Positions 10,146 to 20,426 of a stretch of 64,000 bases of DNA are shown in pieces. The stretch spans positions 1,238-65,237 of IMG/VR virus record IMGVR_UViG_3300017909_002389; one strand, 5' to 3'. How positions within the stretch are numbered: position 1 is the first letter of the stretch; every line of letters starts with the position of its first letter. The notes below the pieces were generated by a model that had not been told where the DNA came from, ran no database searches, and was given only the letters and a program-made list of their open reading frames with translations. Both the position numbers and the translations under genes were made by a program. The stretch comes from a virus (Duplodnaviria; Caudoviricetes).

Positions 10146-13100
10146 TTATTCTTCAGGTTCGAAATAATTTATAGGTGCTCTATAGTTACCAGTATTTAAT
10201 TGAAATTGACTATTATAGTTTCTATATCTTGGATAAGATCCTTGATATTGAAATTCATAATTAGAATCAATAGGACTATAGTCTGATGTTATTTTTCCAA
10301 ATTTTTGAAATTTCCCTAAACTACTTGTCCAAGGAATAATTTTTTCCGTAATAACAGGAGCTATTTTTGATTCTGCTCCTCTTAGTGCTAATTTGTATTC
10401 AGCAGGTAAAGTAGTATAATAATTAATTCTATCTTTTAAACTCATGTTTTTTAAGTCAGAAGTTTTTTTAACAGCATCAAATGCAAATTTATCTGGTAAC
10501 ATATATTCATATTTACTTACAGGAGCTTCTCTTAATAAACTTCTATTAAGTGGACTATTTTTAAAAGTACTAAAATTCCAATAATTACTAGGATTCATTA
10601 CAAGTTCTTCTATTTGATTTGCTGTTTTGTCTCCATATTTTATTCTCGTTTGATTTAGAAAGCTTTGCATTTTAGGATTTCCTATATCTGCAAGACTTCT
10701 CTCTACTGCTATTTTTGCTTCATCACTAATATTTTCACCAGCTTTATACCGTCGCTGTAGATTTTCTAAATTATATCTTTTTAAACCTGCTTTTGATCCA
10801 ACAAATCTTCTGTAAAAAGGATTAATTACTGGATTATTATATGCTCCAAGACCAGGATTTTCTGGATCTTGATACCATTTTCCTTCAGTAATATCTCTGT
10901 CTGGATCTGCTTTTACATTACTTTTAAGATTTTTTGTTTGAGGTTTTTTTTTTTTTTTTATACTTTTTTGTTTAAATAAATCTTTCCATTGATTTGGTTT
11001 ATTCCAAACTTCTTTAACTCCTGGGCCAAAAGTTCTTATTTGAGGTATTTTACCTATAGTTTGTATTCCGCCTATAATAGGAGAAGCTATCCCTTGTGCA
11101 GTTTTTGCTATAGTAGTTCCTGCTCCCATAAAAGGTATTATAGTCTCAGCTGTAGCTTTTGTAACAGTATCAAAATTAGCTCCTTTTTCAGATAAATCTC
11201 TCCAAGATTGTCTCATTGCTGAATTACTGTCTCCTAATTGATCTCCTAAATAATATGCTCCCACACCTTCTAATGCTAAACTAGGAGTTATCCATTGTAA
11301 ACTAGGAGCTATTCCGCTATATAATCCTAATTGACCTGTAGAACCAATTAAAGGTTGACTTAAACTACTCCAACCTGCTGATGTATATGGAGCAATTGTT
11401 TCTAAAAATGGAACAATTCCAGGACCCATTGCTCCCATTGATGCTAATCCCATTAAACCATACGTTCCGAGTCCAACCATACCTACAAAATCGTCCCAAT
11501 CATCTCCCCATTCTTCTCTAGCTTCTCTTGCATTGTACACTGCTTCGGGACCTCTACCTTTAGCCATATTAGGATCAAACTCCTTAGCAAAATTGTTATA
11601 AAAACTCATAAACATATCTTTGTTAATATGATTGTTTTTATAAAGACTTTGTATACTTTGATATCCTGTACCACTTAATACATCTGATACATCTCTATCT
11701 CCCCATGTTTTAGGATAATATTTTTGAAGATTTTTTAAAGCAGCATCTGCTACAGCATATCTTTTTCTTTCATCTTCTAAATGTTCTTTATAAGCATTTA
11801 CATTTTGTTCTAATGCTCCTATTTCACTAGTAGGATCTTGTTTTAAAAATAAACCTCTAAGACCTCTATCTTGATAAAAAGATTTAGTAGCTCTTTTTAA
11901 TTGATCTAATTTTTGAAAAAGACCACGCTGTTTATTTCTACTATCAATAGATCCATAAACAGTAGTTTCTGCTATATCTTGTACTTCTGGTTTTATAGGT
12001 GTTCCTTTTAAAGAACCTCCTCCAGTATAAGTCTTAGGAGGCGCATCAGTAGTGTCTCTGTAAATAGGAGTTCCTTTAGATGGATAATCCCAAGTAGGAA
12101 TATTAGGAGCCATTGCTCCTCCATATTTTTTTCTTCTAAAAAAATAACTATAAGGATAACCTGCACCTGCAGCTGCTTGTATTTTTTTCTGTTGTCTTTT
12201 TTCTTTCCAAGTTCTTGGAACATCAGGAGTTCTAGTTCTAATTTGAAAATTAGTTGGTTTTGCCGTTATTCTTTTAGGCATATTTGAAGTATCTAAAATC
12301 AATGAACTTGATTTTAAACCTCGTAATCTGTTAAGTTCTTCTAATGCAGTATTAGCTTCTTTTTCATATTGAGGAGTATTTCCTACATAGTTCCAATAAC
12401 TTGCTCTATCTTTATAAGCTCTATAAGGAGCATGACTTGCTTGTATTCCATCTGAAAGACTGCCTGGATTTTCTATTACATTGTCTCTTGCATCCCAATC
12501 AAATGTATTTATAAGACCATCTTCACCGCCAATTTCTTGATTTATTCTATTAACAATCATACTATGGCTACTGTAAGGACTTCCTGGAACTTTAGCTATT
12601 CGCATAACGGATCCTTCATTAGGATTGTCAGTCTGAACAAAACCCATAGCTTTCATTCCTGCATAATCGTTTTCATCTAAAAATTTATTAGACATCTGTT
12701 TAAATATAGGATCACCTGCTTTAACTATATTATTACCAAAACCTGTAGGAAAATCAGAAACTTGAGTAGCTCCTGCTGTATTATAAATACCACAAACAGC
12801 GCCTATACACCCCATACCTCTTTGATATGTAGGCTGTTTATTTCCTTCTTCGTCTAATATATATTCTTCTTTATCCCAATCATATAAATAATTTTCTCTA
12901 GGATCTGAATGAGATTGTTTAAGATTATTAACAAAACTAGTTGGATCATTTACAAAGTCCATACCTATTGCTTCCCAATCTTGAGGATTATCTATGCTTA
13001 TCGTTCTAGGAGAAAATTTTCCTTCTCCATCTTCTACATCATATTTATAAGATAATCCTTTTGCTGCAGGAACTTCTTCTTCTGCCCATTGTTGATCGTT

Positions 13101-13721
13101 ATATCCTAGTTCTCTAGCTATTTCTAAAGCTTTTTGAGTAACTGTATTTGCTCTATTTTTTTCGTCTAAAAATTTTTTATTAAGAGTTCCATAGTTTAAC
13201 TCTGCTTCTAAAATTTGTTGATTTAATAATTCATAATCTTCTGGAGTCCATCTATTATAATAATCTATATCACTTTCTCCTTCTTTTCTTACAGGTAGTT
13301 TTCCTCCGTTTTCAAAATTATATTTTATATTAAGCCTAGGATCTCTTTTTCTTTTATCTTTTGAAAAATTTATTGAAGCTCCTATATTAAAATTTCCTAA
13401 TTTTTTTGAAACTTGTCCTATTAAGCTGCCTTTATATTCAGGAATATTATTTAATGGTTTAATTCCTACAAGACTTAAATCAATTCCTTTTCTAGGAAAT
13501 CCTAATCCCGCTACTCCTAATAAATCATTATTTGGCATTCTTTCTGCAAATGCATATTTACTAACTTTAGGAGTATAGCTATAAGGATAAACTCTTGCAC
13601 TAGGATTCATTGTTAGTTTTTGCCAAGGTTGTATTTTTAAAACACTATCTTGGTTTTCTTCACTTTTTCCTTCTTTTAGAAACTTTAAAAAACGATTATA
13701 TGGAGGAGTCTCTTCTGGCAT
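10146..13721 (-). CDS. virion cargo protein (1191 aa) with an internal NlpC/P60-like domain
   Basis: GCIGAVCGIYNTAG...NEGSVMRI...SHSMIV resembles NlpC/P60 DCSGFV...PGD...HVGI; located in the cargo block. Confidence 0.55.
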   Translation of the reverse strand: MPEETPPYNRFLKFLKEGKSEENQDSVLKIQPWQKLTMNPSARVYPYSYTPKVSKYAFAERMPNNDLLGVAGLGFPRKGIDLSLVGIKPLNNIPEYKGSLIGQVSKKLGNFNIGASINFSKDKRKRDPRLNIKYNFENGGKLPVRKEGESDIDYYNRWTPEDYELLNQQILEAELNYGTLNKKFLDEKNRANTVTQKALEIARELGYNDQQWAEEEVPAAKGLSYKYDVEDGEGKFSPRTISIDNPQDWEAIGMDFVNDPTSFVNNLKQSHSDPRENYLYDWDKEEYILDEEGNKQPTYQRGMGCIGAVCGIYNTAGATQVSDFPTGFGNNIVKAGDPIFKQMSNKFLDENDYAGMKAMGFVQTDNPNEGSVMRIAKVPGSPYSSHSMIVNRINQEIGGEDGLINTFDWDARDNVIENPGSLSDGIQASHAPYRAYKDRASYWNYVGNTPQYEKEANTALEELNRLRGLKSSSLILDTSNMPKRITAKPTNFQIRTRTPDVPRTWKEKRQQKKIQAAAGAGYPYSYFFRRKKYGGAMAPNIPTWDYPSKGTPIYRDTTDAPPKTYTGGGSLKGTPIKPEVQDIAETTVYGSIDSRNKQRGLFQKLDQLKRATKSFYQDRGLRGLFLKQDPTSEIGALEQNVNAYKEHLEDERKRYAVADAALKNLQKYYPKTWGDRDVSDVLSGTGYQSIQSLYKNNHINKDMFMSFYNNFAKEFDPNMAKGRGPEAVYNAREAREEWGDDWDDFVGMVGLGTYGLMGLASMGAMGPGIVPFLETIAPYTSAGWSSLSQPLIGSTGQLGLYSGIAPSLQWITPSLALEGVGAYYLGDQLGDSNSAMRQSWRDLSEKGANFDTVTKATAETIIPFMGAGTTIAKTAQGIASPIIGGIQTIGKIPQIRTFGPGVKEVWNKPNQWKDLFKQKSIKKKKKPQTKNLKSNVKADPDRDITEGKWYQDPENPGLGAYNNPVINPFYRRFVGSKAGLKRYNLENLQRRYKAGENISDEAKIAVERSLADIGNPKMQSFLNQTRIKYGDKTANQIEELVMNPSNYWNFSTFKNSPLNRSLLREAPVSKYEYMLPDKFAFDAVKKTSDLKNMSLKDRINYYTTLPAEYKLALRGAESKIAPVITEKIIPWTSSLGKFQKFGKITSDYSPIDSNYEFQYQGSYPRYRNYNSQFQLNTGNYRAPINYFEPEE

Positions 13722-16700
13722 CTAAAATATTTGTGGGTTATAATAAGAAACCAATCTATTCATAATTAGTTCTTTATTATAAGTATTGTCGAAATATAAA
13801 GTTAATAAAAAATGTGTAGACCTAAATCTACCGTTAGAACCTTCTGCTCTAGGAAGTTTTATTCTCCATTTATCAAAACGTCTTTTTATTCTTGTTAAAG
13901 ATTCAGGAGTAGTTTCATAAATACTATCACTATTTTGATACTCTGTAGTAATTTTAAATCCTGTAATAGTTTTAGTTCTATCTATTACTTTATCGTCATT
14001 ACGAACTATACTATTAAATTCTAAGAATCTAAGAACTTTATTTAGATCTGCTTTAGGATTAATAACTAATGTAAGCTCACATCCTGTTTGAGTTCCGTAG
14101 AATTCTCCCCAGTTTCCTATGTTGTGGGCCCACACACGCACTCCCGTGTTTAATGTTGTAGTTAATAAAGTATTACCATTATTAATCCACATCTTAGGTG
14201 TGATAGATAATCTAGTAGAAAATTGATTTGCTAATTCATCAAATACTATAGATTTAAAATCAAAAAGATCAGCTAATGTAGAAGATAAAAATGTAAAAAT
14301 AATTTCATCATTAATTTCATCTACTCCAATATGAGCTCCTCTTGATATTATAGGATTGTCTCCTCCATCTTCTTTTCTTTTAAATACTGCAGGACCCAAT
14401 TCTTGTAAATAAGAATGCATTCCTTTTAATTCTGATAAAGGACTATTTGTTAAACCTGTTTTACCTTGACCTAATTGAAATATTTTTCTATGAATAGCGT
14501 CAAAGAAATATATTCCTCTATCAGTTACAGCTACTGCCCACTGATGTATAGATCCATTTTCTTTAGAATAATATTGATGCTTACCCCAACCTTTTGCTGT
14601 ACCTAACTCTGTAGGAACTCCATCATCTGTTGTAGTAACTGCTTCTCTATTGATACTATAAACTCCTGTTGCTTGATCTTGTATAAAATAAACGTTGTCT
14701 TTAAAATTTATAATTTTATTTATAGGACCGTGGTCATCTACGTCATAAAAATCATTAATAGCAAATTTTGTCCAAGAATCTATATCTTCTCCATTTACTT
14801 TTACATTAGATAAAAAAGCTCGTACATCATTTGTTAATGAAGTATCAATTAAATTTTCAGGTAAAGTAAAAAATAATACTTCTTTATTTATTGAGGAATA
14901 TACTTCATTATAATTATACATTGTATATCGAGTTTCTCCTGGATTTAATAATCCATAATTTGAAAAACTATTATTATCTTCTTGTCTATAATACTCACTT
15001 TCTACTTCACTTGACGCTGCTATTTGTATTTTAAATTTAACACCAGTAGTAGTATTAGCTCCGTGATGTAAGTTAGTATTAACACAACTTTCTGTTACTA
15101 ATAAATCTGTTCTTGTAAAAGGTTCTCTATATGTATTACCTGGTAAACTTGCATCATAAAATTCTGCATTAAATTCTACCATAGCTCTTTGTAAAGAATA
15201 CATATTTATAAAAATATCTCCTCCAAAAACTATAGGACTATAACTAGTTGTAACTGATTCTGTTTTTATTACAGGAGAAGCTATTATAAAACTATTAGAT
15301 TCTAATGCATTTTGCGTGTTTCCTCCATATACTTCACTTTTTGGAATAATTAAATCTGCTATAGGAATAGCTTCATTTATAGTAAAATTTGCTCCTGCGT
15401 TTGTTAAAGATTGAATAGCAGGTTGTAAAGGTACGTGAGTAGTAGTACCTTGTACGAGAAAGTAATCTGTAGTAGCAGGATTTACAATAGTTGCTCCTGT
15501 TAAAGGATTATTTATATATTGTTTAGTTAATGCAGATATATTAGAACCTGCTCTAGCAAGTCCTGCTCCTGATCCACTAGGATCATTTAATGTAGGAGCG
15601 TTTACATAATAATTTCTCATATAGCTAGGGGTAGCAGGCATTTCTGGAGTAGTTGCTCCTGAACCTCCATTGTTTGCTGTACCCCAAGAAGCTGTTTTAG
15701 TTCCTATACTTACATTCGTACTATCCCGCATATCAAAATAAGTAGCATTATCTAATCTTCTTATATTTTCTACACTGTTAAAAGTTACAGGAAGAGTTCT
15801 TCTAAATTTAACTCCTGAATCATATAATGTAGCATGATTTCCTAAATTTAATGCATCAGGTCCTGAAGAAGAAGATCTTTGGTCTTCATAATCTCCACCA
15901 AGAACTGCGTGACTATAATGTCCTGTTATTAATAATCCAGGGTTATTTCCTAAATTAGTTCCTATATCTGAAATATTAGAATACTTATAAGAAATTTCAG
16001 GAGAATAGAAAGATAAATGTTGAGCTCTTATTGTGACATTTGGACCGCTAATAACACTTGCAAGAGGATCTTGTTCGTCTCTAAAAAAAGTTAAACTATC
16101 TTGTATTAAATTAGGACCTGTTAGATTAGGGCTAGCATTAAAATGGTGAACTACATTTTCATTTCCATCTACTCTAAAATCAAAATCGTTTGGTGTAGTG
16201 TTACCAGTTTCTTGATACCCTAGAGGACTTAAGATACCTGTACATAATCTACGTTTGTCTACTTCTTTTCTTTCAACTCTTACTATTTGAAATCCTGATA
16301 TTTTATCTAATAAACTTTGACAAGTACTAAAGTCTACTGTAAATTTTATACCTAAATTAAAACCTGTTGCTATTTGACCAAAAAAACTTCCTACAGGAAA
16401 TTCACTAGGCATTGTCGATATAGGGAAATAATTTCCTGAAAAATTAGGCGTACCGTCTGCTTCTGATATATCTGGAAATTTAATATCTCCTATAAATTCT
16501 ACATAAGTAGCTTCTCCTTTTTTAGTATAAAATATAATCCCAAATCTATAAGTTTCTCCTCTTTTATATCCTCGAAGTAATCCTGAAATATTAGGAGAGG
16601 CGTTATTTGCAAAGCTAGGATTAGGATAAATTCCATAACCATCGTTTAAATCATGATTATTATCATATCCATATTTTATATTTCCTCCAATATTATGAAA

Positions 16701-18023
16701 TTTAGCCTGTCCTTCTACATCAATAGTCATAGGTTCTAGATGAAAACTATATGAAATATTAGGTCCTGTACCTCCTAAAATAGTTCCATTGTTTTGATAC
16801 TTATATTGATTAACTGCATTATGCCAAGTAGGTTCCCAATGTTCGTCTTTATTAAAATCTGCATTAAAAGCATTATTTAATCTATCTTGAGGAGTTCCTA
16901 TTCCATTTGGAGTTTGTAATGAAGAATTATATCTAGCAGTTAAAGCACTAAAAGTATCTGATCCTTCTAAAAGACTTTGAGCATCTATAGTAGAAGATTT
17001 TATATTTGCTCCTACTAAATAATTATCTTTTTGAGTAATTGTTTTAAAAGTTTTAAATGCAAAATTCTTAGAAGTAAATGTAAATAACTCTATATCAAAA
17101 ATAGTTCCTTCTGTTCCTGTATAAAGAAATTCTGTAGAATTAGTAGTAATATTAATTTCTTCAATAGAAGTAGCTATTGGAATAGCTGTAGGACTTTCAT
17201 AATAAAGTGCTAAAAATTCTATCCTTTCAAAATTTCCTAAATAATTAGTAGTATCTACAGTGATAGTAATACTTTTACCTGAATTTATTTTTTCAGGTTC
17301 TCCTACATATTTTGGAATTGAATCAAACTCTGCAGCTCTTGTAATATGAATCATATTACTTGGAGGAGAAACTAAAGTTTCTTTTCCGTCAGATGTAATT
17401 AATCTGTATGCTATTTGATACATCCCTGAATTTAATTCTCCTCCTCCTGCAACTGCTTGTAAAATAGGCTGAGTATATTGAATCTCAGGAAATATATCTA
17501 CATTTTCTACAGGAAATGTAACTAAATCAGGATCTACAATATTTAACGTTCTAAAAAAGTTATTATAATCTGTCCAATAAATTCTTTGAGTAGATGCATT
17601 TTCATAACGACCTAATGCTTCTATTGGCCATTCTTTTTTAAAATTTAAATTGTCATTGTAATAAACAGTTTTAGGATATCCAGAAAGTATTTCTCTAGAA
17701 GCTGGATCATATTTTACTTCATATATCCAACCTTTAGTTCCTGTATTATCTGCTACAAATAATACAATAGAATTTCTAATTGTTCCGTATCCAATTATTT
17801 CAGGACTGTCAGCTGTCCACGGATGGAAAGGATCACTGACTGCAGACTCGTCTCTAATTTGAAAGATTTCTTGATTACCTTTCATATTAGTAAAAGCTCC
17901 TTGCGACTCTCCTTTATCTGTACTAATTCTTATATCTATTGCATCAATATACATGTTCTGCTTAATGCTATCATAAGCAGAATCTTTATCCATGCCTCCA
18001 TAAGTATTAACGTGTCCTTCCAT
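13722..18023 (-). CDS. tail stabilization (muzzle) protein, crAss-like
   Basis: 1433 aa; N-terminal TYGGMDKD, GYKRGETYRFGIIFY motif, beta-rich; between ring and cargo genes as in crAss-like phages. Confidence 0.8.
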   Translation of the reverse strand: MEGHVNTYGGMDKDSAYDSIKQNMYIDAIDIRISTDKGESQGAFTNMKGNQEIFQIRDESAVSDPFHPWTADSPEIIGYGTIRNSIVLFVADNTGTKGWIYEVKYDPASREILSGYPKTVYYNDNLNFKKEWPIEALGRYENASTQRIYWTDYNNFFRTLNIVDPDLVTFPVENVDIFPEIQYTQPILQAVAGGGELNSGMYQIAYRLITSDGKETLVSPPSNMIHITRAAEFDSIPKYVGEPEKINSGKSITITVDTTNYLGNFERIEFLALYYESPTAIPIATSIEEINITTNSTEFLYTGTEGTIFDIELFTFTSKNFAFKTFKTITQKDNYLVGANIKSSTIDAQSLLEGSDTFSALTARYNSSLQTPNGIGTPQDRLNNAFNADFNKDEHWEPTWHNAVNQYKYQNNGTILGGTGPNISYSFHLEPMTIDVEGQAKFHNIGGNIKYGYDNNHDLNDGYGIYPNPSFANNASPNISGLLRGYKRGETYRFGIIFYTKKGEATYVEFIGDIKFPDISEADGTPNFSGNYFPISTMPSEFPVGSFFGQIATGFNLGIKFTVDFSTCQSLLDKISGFQIVRVERKEVDKRRLCTGILSPLGYQETGNTTPNDFDFRVDGNENVVHHFNASPNLTGPNLIQDSLTFFRDEQDPLASVISGPNVTIRAQHLSFYSPEISYKYSNISDIGTNLGNNPGLLITGHYSHAVLGGDYEDQRSSSSGPDALNLGNHATLYDSGVKFRRTLPVTFNSVENIRRLDNATYFDMRDSTNVSIGTKTASWGTANNGGSGATTPEMPATPSYMRNYYVNAPTLNDPSGSGAGLARAGSNISALTKQYINNPLTGATIVNPATTDYFLVQGTTTHVPLQPAIQSLTNAGANFTINEAIPIADLIIPKSEVYGGNTQNALESNSFIIASPVIKTESVTTSYSPIVFGGDIFINMYSLQRAMVEFNAEFYDASLPGNTYREPFTRTDLLVTESCVNTNLHHGANTTTGVKFKIQIAASSEVESEYYRQEDNNSFSNYGLLNPGETRYTMYNYNEVYSSINKEVLFFTLPENLIDTSLTNDVRAFLSNVKVNGEDIDSWTKFAINDFYDVDDHGPINKIINFKDNVYFIQDQATGVYSINREAVTTTDDGVPTELGTAKGWGKHQYYSKENGSIHQWAVAVTDRGIYFFDAIHRKIFQLGQGKTGLTNSPLSELKGMHSYLQELGPAVFKRKEDGGDNPIISRGAHIGVDEINDEIIFTFLSSTLADLFDFKSIVFDELANQFSTRLSITPKMWINNGNTLLTTTLNTGVRVWAHNIGNWGEFYGTQTGCELTLVINPKADLNKVLRFLEFNSIVRNDDKVIDRTKTITGFKITTEYQNSDSIYETTPESLTRIKRRFDKWRIKLPRAEGSNGRFRSTHFLLTLYFDNTYNKELIMNRLVSYYNPQIF

Positions 18024-18032
18024 GAATTAAAT

Positions 18033-18857
18033 TTAAGAAGTTGCTGGATTTTTACCTTGTACAGCTGCGCTAACTATAGATATATCAGTAGTAGTTCTAG
18101 CCCCTGACTTAGGCCTAAAGTTTCTTTGTTCAGGCAGCTGCATGTTAGCAAAGAAGCTCGCGTGCGCCTGTACGTCAGGAATAGTTCTAAGAGTTGCATT
18201 CTGCATGCTTTCTGCTTCGTCGACTCCGTTCCATTGTTTAGCATGATTGACAGCTTGTGCAAAATACCAATCTCTATCTCTTTCTATAATCTGGTATACA
18301 TCTGGACGAAGTTGTCCTTGCATCCATAATTTTCTAGCTATCTTATGTCCTATATAATGTGATCCTGCTTCTAACCATTGTTGTTCTGCAGGTACTACAG
18401 GATATCCATCTTCATCTGTAGGGATAGCGTTATAGCTCATTGCTAAATATCCTTCATTAAAAGATGTAAAAATAAACCCACCTTCAACAGTGTAAGTTTG
18501 TTCAGATTCTGATGTATAGTCTCTATCGTCTAGATGATATCTTTTATGAAAATAATCAGTTGCCCATCGCATGGGAAACATGCGGCCTTTACCGCATTCT
18601 GCTTCTTCTAAATTATTTACTGAAGTTAGATAAGATACTTGGCCTATTTTATGAAGATCAAAAGGCAATTCTCCTCTACCATCACATACTTTAATATATG
18701 CAATATTATTTTCTAGAACCATAGGCACGTTAGTATGTGCCATAAATTCAGCTAGCCATTCTAAGCCTTCTTCTTCATGAACGTCATAATTAAATCCAAA
18801 GTCTCTAATGACTTTATCTAAAATGGCTTTATATGATACAGTTTTACCAGCATACAT
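18033..18857 (-). CDS. tail ring / tubular protein
   Basis: 274 aa directly upstream of the stabilization gene; conserved crAss-like synteny. Confidence 0.6.
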   Translation of the reverse strand: MYAGKTVSYKAILDKVIRDFGFNYDVHEEEGLEWLAEFMAHTNVPMVLENNIAYIKVCDGRGELPFDLHKIGQVSYLTSVNNLEEAECGKGRMFPMRWATDYFHKRYHLDDRDYTSESEQTYTVEGGFIFTSFNEGYLAMSYNAIPTDEDGYPVVPAEQQWLEAGSHYIGHKIARKLWMQGQLRPDVYQIIERDRDWYFAQAVNHAKQWNGVDEAESMQNATLRTIPDVQAHASFFANMQLPEQRNFRPKSGARTTTDISIVSAAVQGKNPATS

Positions 18858-19142
18858 TTACATTAATTTTTTAAGCGCTGCCTCTAATCTATTTGCTATG
18901 CCCTCAGAAGAATTATCCTTTAAAGGATCTTCTGTGGTTACAGACTTTTTATCTTCATAAGTCCATTCTCCGTTTTCTTTTTTTCGAGTACAAACAGTTT
19001 TAATATATCCGCCTTCAACTTCTTCTACTCGTACTTCTTCGTAGCCTCCGTCTTCAAACTCTTTACGGTTAATTCTAACTGTTTTTTCGATTTCTTTAGA
19101 AGATCCATTTGATTCTTCTACTTCAATTTCTATATTATCCAT
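18858..19142 (-). CDS. hypothetical acidic protein
   Basis: ORF tightly packed with its neighbours. Confidence 0.6.
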   Translation of the reverse strand: MDNIEIEVEESNGSSKEIEKTVRINRKEFEDGGYEEVRVEEVEGGYIKTVCTRKKENGEWTYEDKKSVTTEDPLKDNSSEGIANRLEAALKKLM

Positions 19143-19659
19143 AATAAAAAACTTTACGATTTGGGTCCTTAACTACTTTAGCAATTAGTCTTGAATATTG
19201 CCTTGATGGTTTAAAGACATAAAAACTTTTATATTTTAAGTTATTAGTAAACTTATCCCAAAAGTGCTCATAGAATTCTCCACTACTGTGATCATTCTCG
19301 TGATAGATTACTGACTTATTTTTTAAATTTATTATTTCGTCTTTCGATAAATCAGGATGTTTAGTATGCCAATAATTCCAGGTTGCTTCCCAGTTGACTC
19401 TTAAACTTTTACATCTTTTACCGTTCTTATCAAAGAAGTGTAATTTTTTACTTCTAATTCTAAGCTTGCCTACTTTGTTTATTTTTAATTCTAATCCTAA
19501 TTCAACAATAGCATTAGAAAACGCACTAAGTAATTCTTTTACGAAACTATTATATAAAGGTTTACTAATAAGCTCTTCTTTAGCGTGAGCTTTATAGTGT
19601 GTATAAAAGTCTTTCTTTTTTACATCACCTGTTTGTTTACCTTTACCTCTTTTTATCAT
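19135..19659 (-). CDS. IHF/HU-like DNA-binding protein (crAss-like structural-module type)
   Basis: Basic; LKINKVGKLRI...FKPSR pattern of IHF/HU with an insertion; located between ring genes. Confidence 0.55.
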   Translation of the reverse strand: MIKRGKGKQTGDVKKKDFYTHYKAHAKEELISKPLYNSFVKELLSAFSNAIVELGLELKINKVGKLRIRSKKLHFFDKNGKRCKSLRVNWEATWNYWHTKHPDLSKDEIINLKNKSVIYHENDHSSGEFYEHFWDKFTNNLKYKSFYVFKPSRQYSRLIAKVVKDPNRKVFYYG

Positions 19660-20390
19660 TGTTGCTGTTGTTGCTGTTGTTGCGCAGGAGCTGCTTGTCT
19701 CATACCTTGAGATCTAGCATCTTGAGCGTCGTTCATATCGTCAAATGGAACTGCTGCTTTTTGCATCAACTGCTGTAAAACATTTGGTTTAATATATGCC
19801 CACATCCATTGATTAATAGGATATGGATCTGATGAAGACCAACAAGTATTACCGTCTACACAATTGACATAGTTTAATAATGTAGTTGGGTCCTCAAATA
19901 CTCCTCTAAGAGTCATATACTTAATGTTCTTTACCATAGGGTCTTTACTAATTACGTACATGCGATCATCATAAAGAAAAGTATAAATTGCTTTTTGTGT
20001 AGTTCTGCCGTGTCCAATAAACGGTACTCTAGAATAATCTATAACTACAAATCGTGGTTTAGTTATATCTGCGGGACCCACAGTAGCTATTCCTTTTTTA
20101 AAATAAAGCTCAATAGTATTAGGAATTATTTGTTTAGTTCTTAAAACTTTACATGCATCTGGTACAGTAATACAGCAATCTATAGGATTTACTAGTTCTA
20201 ACTCTAAACAAGGAAGAGTCTGAATGACAAAAGGATCTATTTTACGATTTCTGTTATATTCGTTTCGTAAGAATAGAGCTCTTTGTTCATTTATTAAATC
20301 TGTATAGAAATCATAGGAATAAGACGACTCTATAGAATTAATAGCCAAAGACTCATCAAGTTGAGCTTGAAGATCTTCTAATGTTAACAT
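19656..20390 (-). CDS. tail ring protein with C-terminal polyQ
   Basis: 244 aa; synteny; ends in AQQQQQQQQ. Confidence 0.55.
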   Translation of the reverse strand: MLTLEDLQAQLDESLAINSIESSYSYDFYTDLINEQRALFLRNEYNRNRKIDPFVIQTLPCLELELVNPIDCCITVPDACKVLRTKQIIPNTIELYFKKGIATVGPADITKPRFVVIDYSRVPFIGHGRTTQKAIYTFLYDDRMYVISKDPMVKNIKYMTLRGVFEDPTTLLNYVNCVDGNTCWSSSDPYPINQWMWAYIKPNVLQQLMQKAAVPFDDMNDAQDARSQGMRQAAPAQQQQQQQQ

Positions 20391-20394
20391 AAGA

Positions 20395-20402
20395 CAAATA
20401 TA
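20395..20402 (-). promoter_or_regulatory. Bacteroidota -7 promoter box TATATTTG
   Basis: Matches TAnnTTTG; lies 4 nt before the ATG at 20390. Confidence 0.6.
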
Positions 20403-20426
20403 TCAATTTTATTTGATAATCTAGCC

